From the NCBI GenBank assembly GCA_030591445.1, contig JAUVBB010000002.1, forward strand, positions 1-53,659: DNA of 53,659 nucleotides, given 5' to 3'. Position 1 is the first letter of the stretch. Every line of letters starts with the position of its first letter. Positions 53,129 to 53,659 of this stretch are shown one piece after another. Position numbers and translations under genes: made by a program. The notes beneath the pieces were generated by a model, which saw only the letters and a list, made by a program, of their open reading frames with translations, did not search any database and was not told the DNA's origin. This stretch comes from Deltaproteobacteria bacterium (lineage in GTDB: Bacteria; Myxococcota; B64-G9).

Positions 53129-53659
53129 TTAATCCTTCTTCTTGACCTGCACCACCAAGCCGTCTAGCCCAATCACTTCTATTTTGGCCCCGGCTTCGAT
53201 AGGCTGCTCGCTTTTGGCCTTCCAAAGTTCTCCGCGCACAAAAACCATTCCGCCATCCGGCCCCAACTCGTCCCGGGCCTCGCCCATTTGCCCTTCCATG
53301 CCTTCGCGGCCGGTGTGCACCCTCTGCCCCAGCGCGTGCACCACCTTGTAGCCCACGAATAAAATCAAGGCCGACAGCACCAAGGTCATGGGAATCAACA
53401 CGATCCAGTCCACCTTCAGGTTCGGGTCCAAATAGTGCGGTTGACTACTGGGGTCGAAGAGAAAGACCCCGCCCATCAATAACAAAACAGCGCCGGCGGC
53501 GCCCAGCAATCCGTAACTGGTCACATATACCTCCGCGACTAAAAGACCTATGCCAATAAAGACCAGCACCAATCCGCCCCAGCTAACCGGCAAAATCTGC
53601 GAGGAGATGGCGGCCAGAATCAAGGCCAGGGCCCCGATGGCCCCCGGAAAGATGGCCCC
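53129..53659 (-). CDS. NfeD-family protein, C-terminal part (gene continues past the window edge)
   Basis: TM helices are followed by the OB-fold tail GMVFVRGELWKAKSEQPIEAGAKIEVIGLDGLVVQV. The frame stays open upstream to 53659 (GAIFPGAIGALALIL...). NfeD-SPFH is a classic gene pair. Confidence 0.85.
   Translation of the reverse strand, partial: GAIFPGAIGALALILAAISSQILPVSWGGLVLVFIGIGLLVAEVYVTSYGLLGAAGAVLLLMGGVFLFDPSSQPHYLDPNLKVDWIVLIPMTLVLSALILFVGYKVVHALGQRVHTGREGMEGQMGEARDELGPDGGMVFVRGELWKAKSEQPIEAGAKIEVIGLDGLVVQVKKKD

Noticed and set aside
1-53659. A scan for tRNA, rRNA, tmRNA, CRISPR repeats, IS elements, integrases and prophage genes.
   Set aside because: No spaced direct-repeat array, no tRNA-like GTTCGAATC/T-loop sequence in any spacer, and no transposase- or integrase-like ORF was seen. 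Spacers longer than 200 nt exist only at 6454-6703 and 46642-46877. This was an eye scan; tRNAscan-SE, Infernal or ISEScan would be decisive.

Overview
This is a 53.66-kb GC-rich bacterial chromosomal segment with about 55 protein-coding genes. I recognised no rRNA, tRNA, CRISPR array, transposase or integrase. All calls come from reading the supplied ORF translations and the DNA; no database search was possible.

The gene content suggests a Myxococcota or deltaproteobacterial-type organism (inference). The relevant genes are a coiled-coil PilZ protein, a receiver plus coiled-coil protein like FrzS/AglZ, EGF-like and DUF1566-like lipoproteins, and an ECF sigma / zinc anti-sigma pair.

The conserved backbone contains, in order:
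- rpsB-tsf-pyrH-frr-(unknown TM protein)-uppS-dxr-tlpA-like on the minus strand
- secA, an M23 peptidase, a PP2C phosphatase, recN and nadK
- rarA, a YidD-like gene, a receiver-GGDEF protein, an MscS channel and coaX
- a divergent EF-G paralogue, an ECF sigma / anti-sigma pair, an MBL hydrolase and a frameshifted S9 peptidase
- a crotonase, a GIY-YIG protein and a complete Na+-NQR operon (nqrABCDEF-apbE-nqrM)
- TauE, SPFH and NfeD at the right end

The candidates for something undescribed, in my order of interest, are:
1. A visibly AT-richer two-gene membrane module (42167-44030) sits directly after nqrM with no terminator in between. I recognise no named family for either protein.
2. The rest of the same AT-rich island (about 44.1-46.9 kb) carries a HigBA-type toxin-antitoxin pair, a lipoprotein, and an AAA_14/DUF4143-type ATPase with a nuclease-like C-terminus. 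The ATPase Shine-Dalgarno sequence is buried in a 19-bp hairpin or operator.
3. A tight four-gene cassette at 7626-11600 encodes a UPF0104 flippase-like membrane protein, a GT4 glycosyltransferase, a radical SAM enzyme and a methyltransferase-like protein.
4. A convergent pair of very cysteine-rich repeat lipoproteins lies at 46878-51465.
5. An EF-G paralogue has lost two canonical histidines. It is coupled to a helical-repeat protein and lies next to a pseudo-receiver coiled-coil protein.
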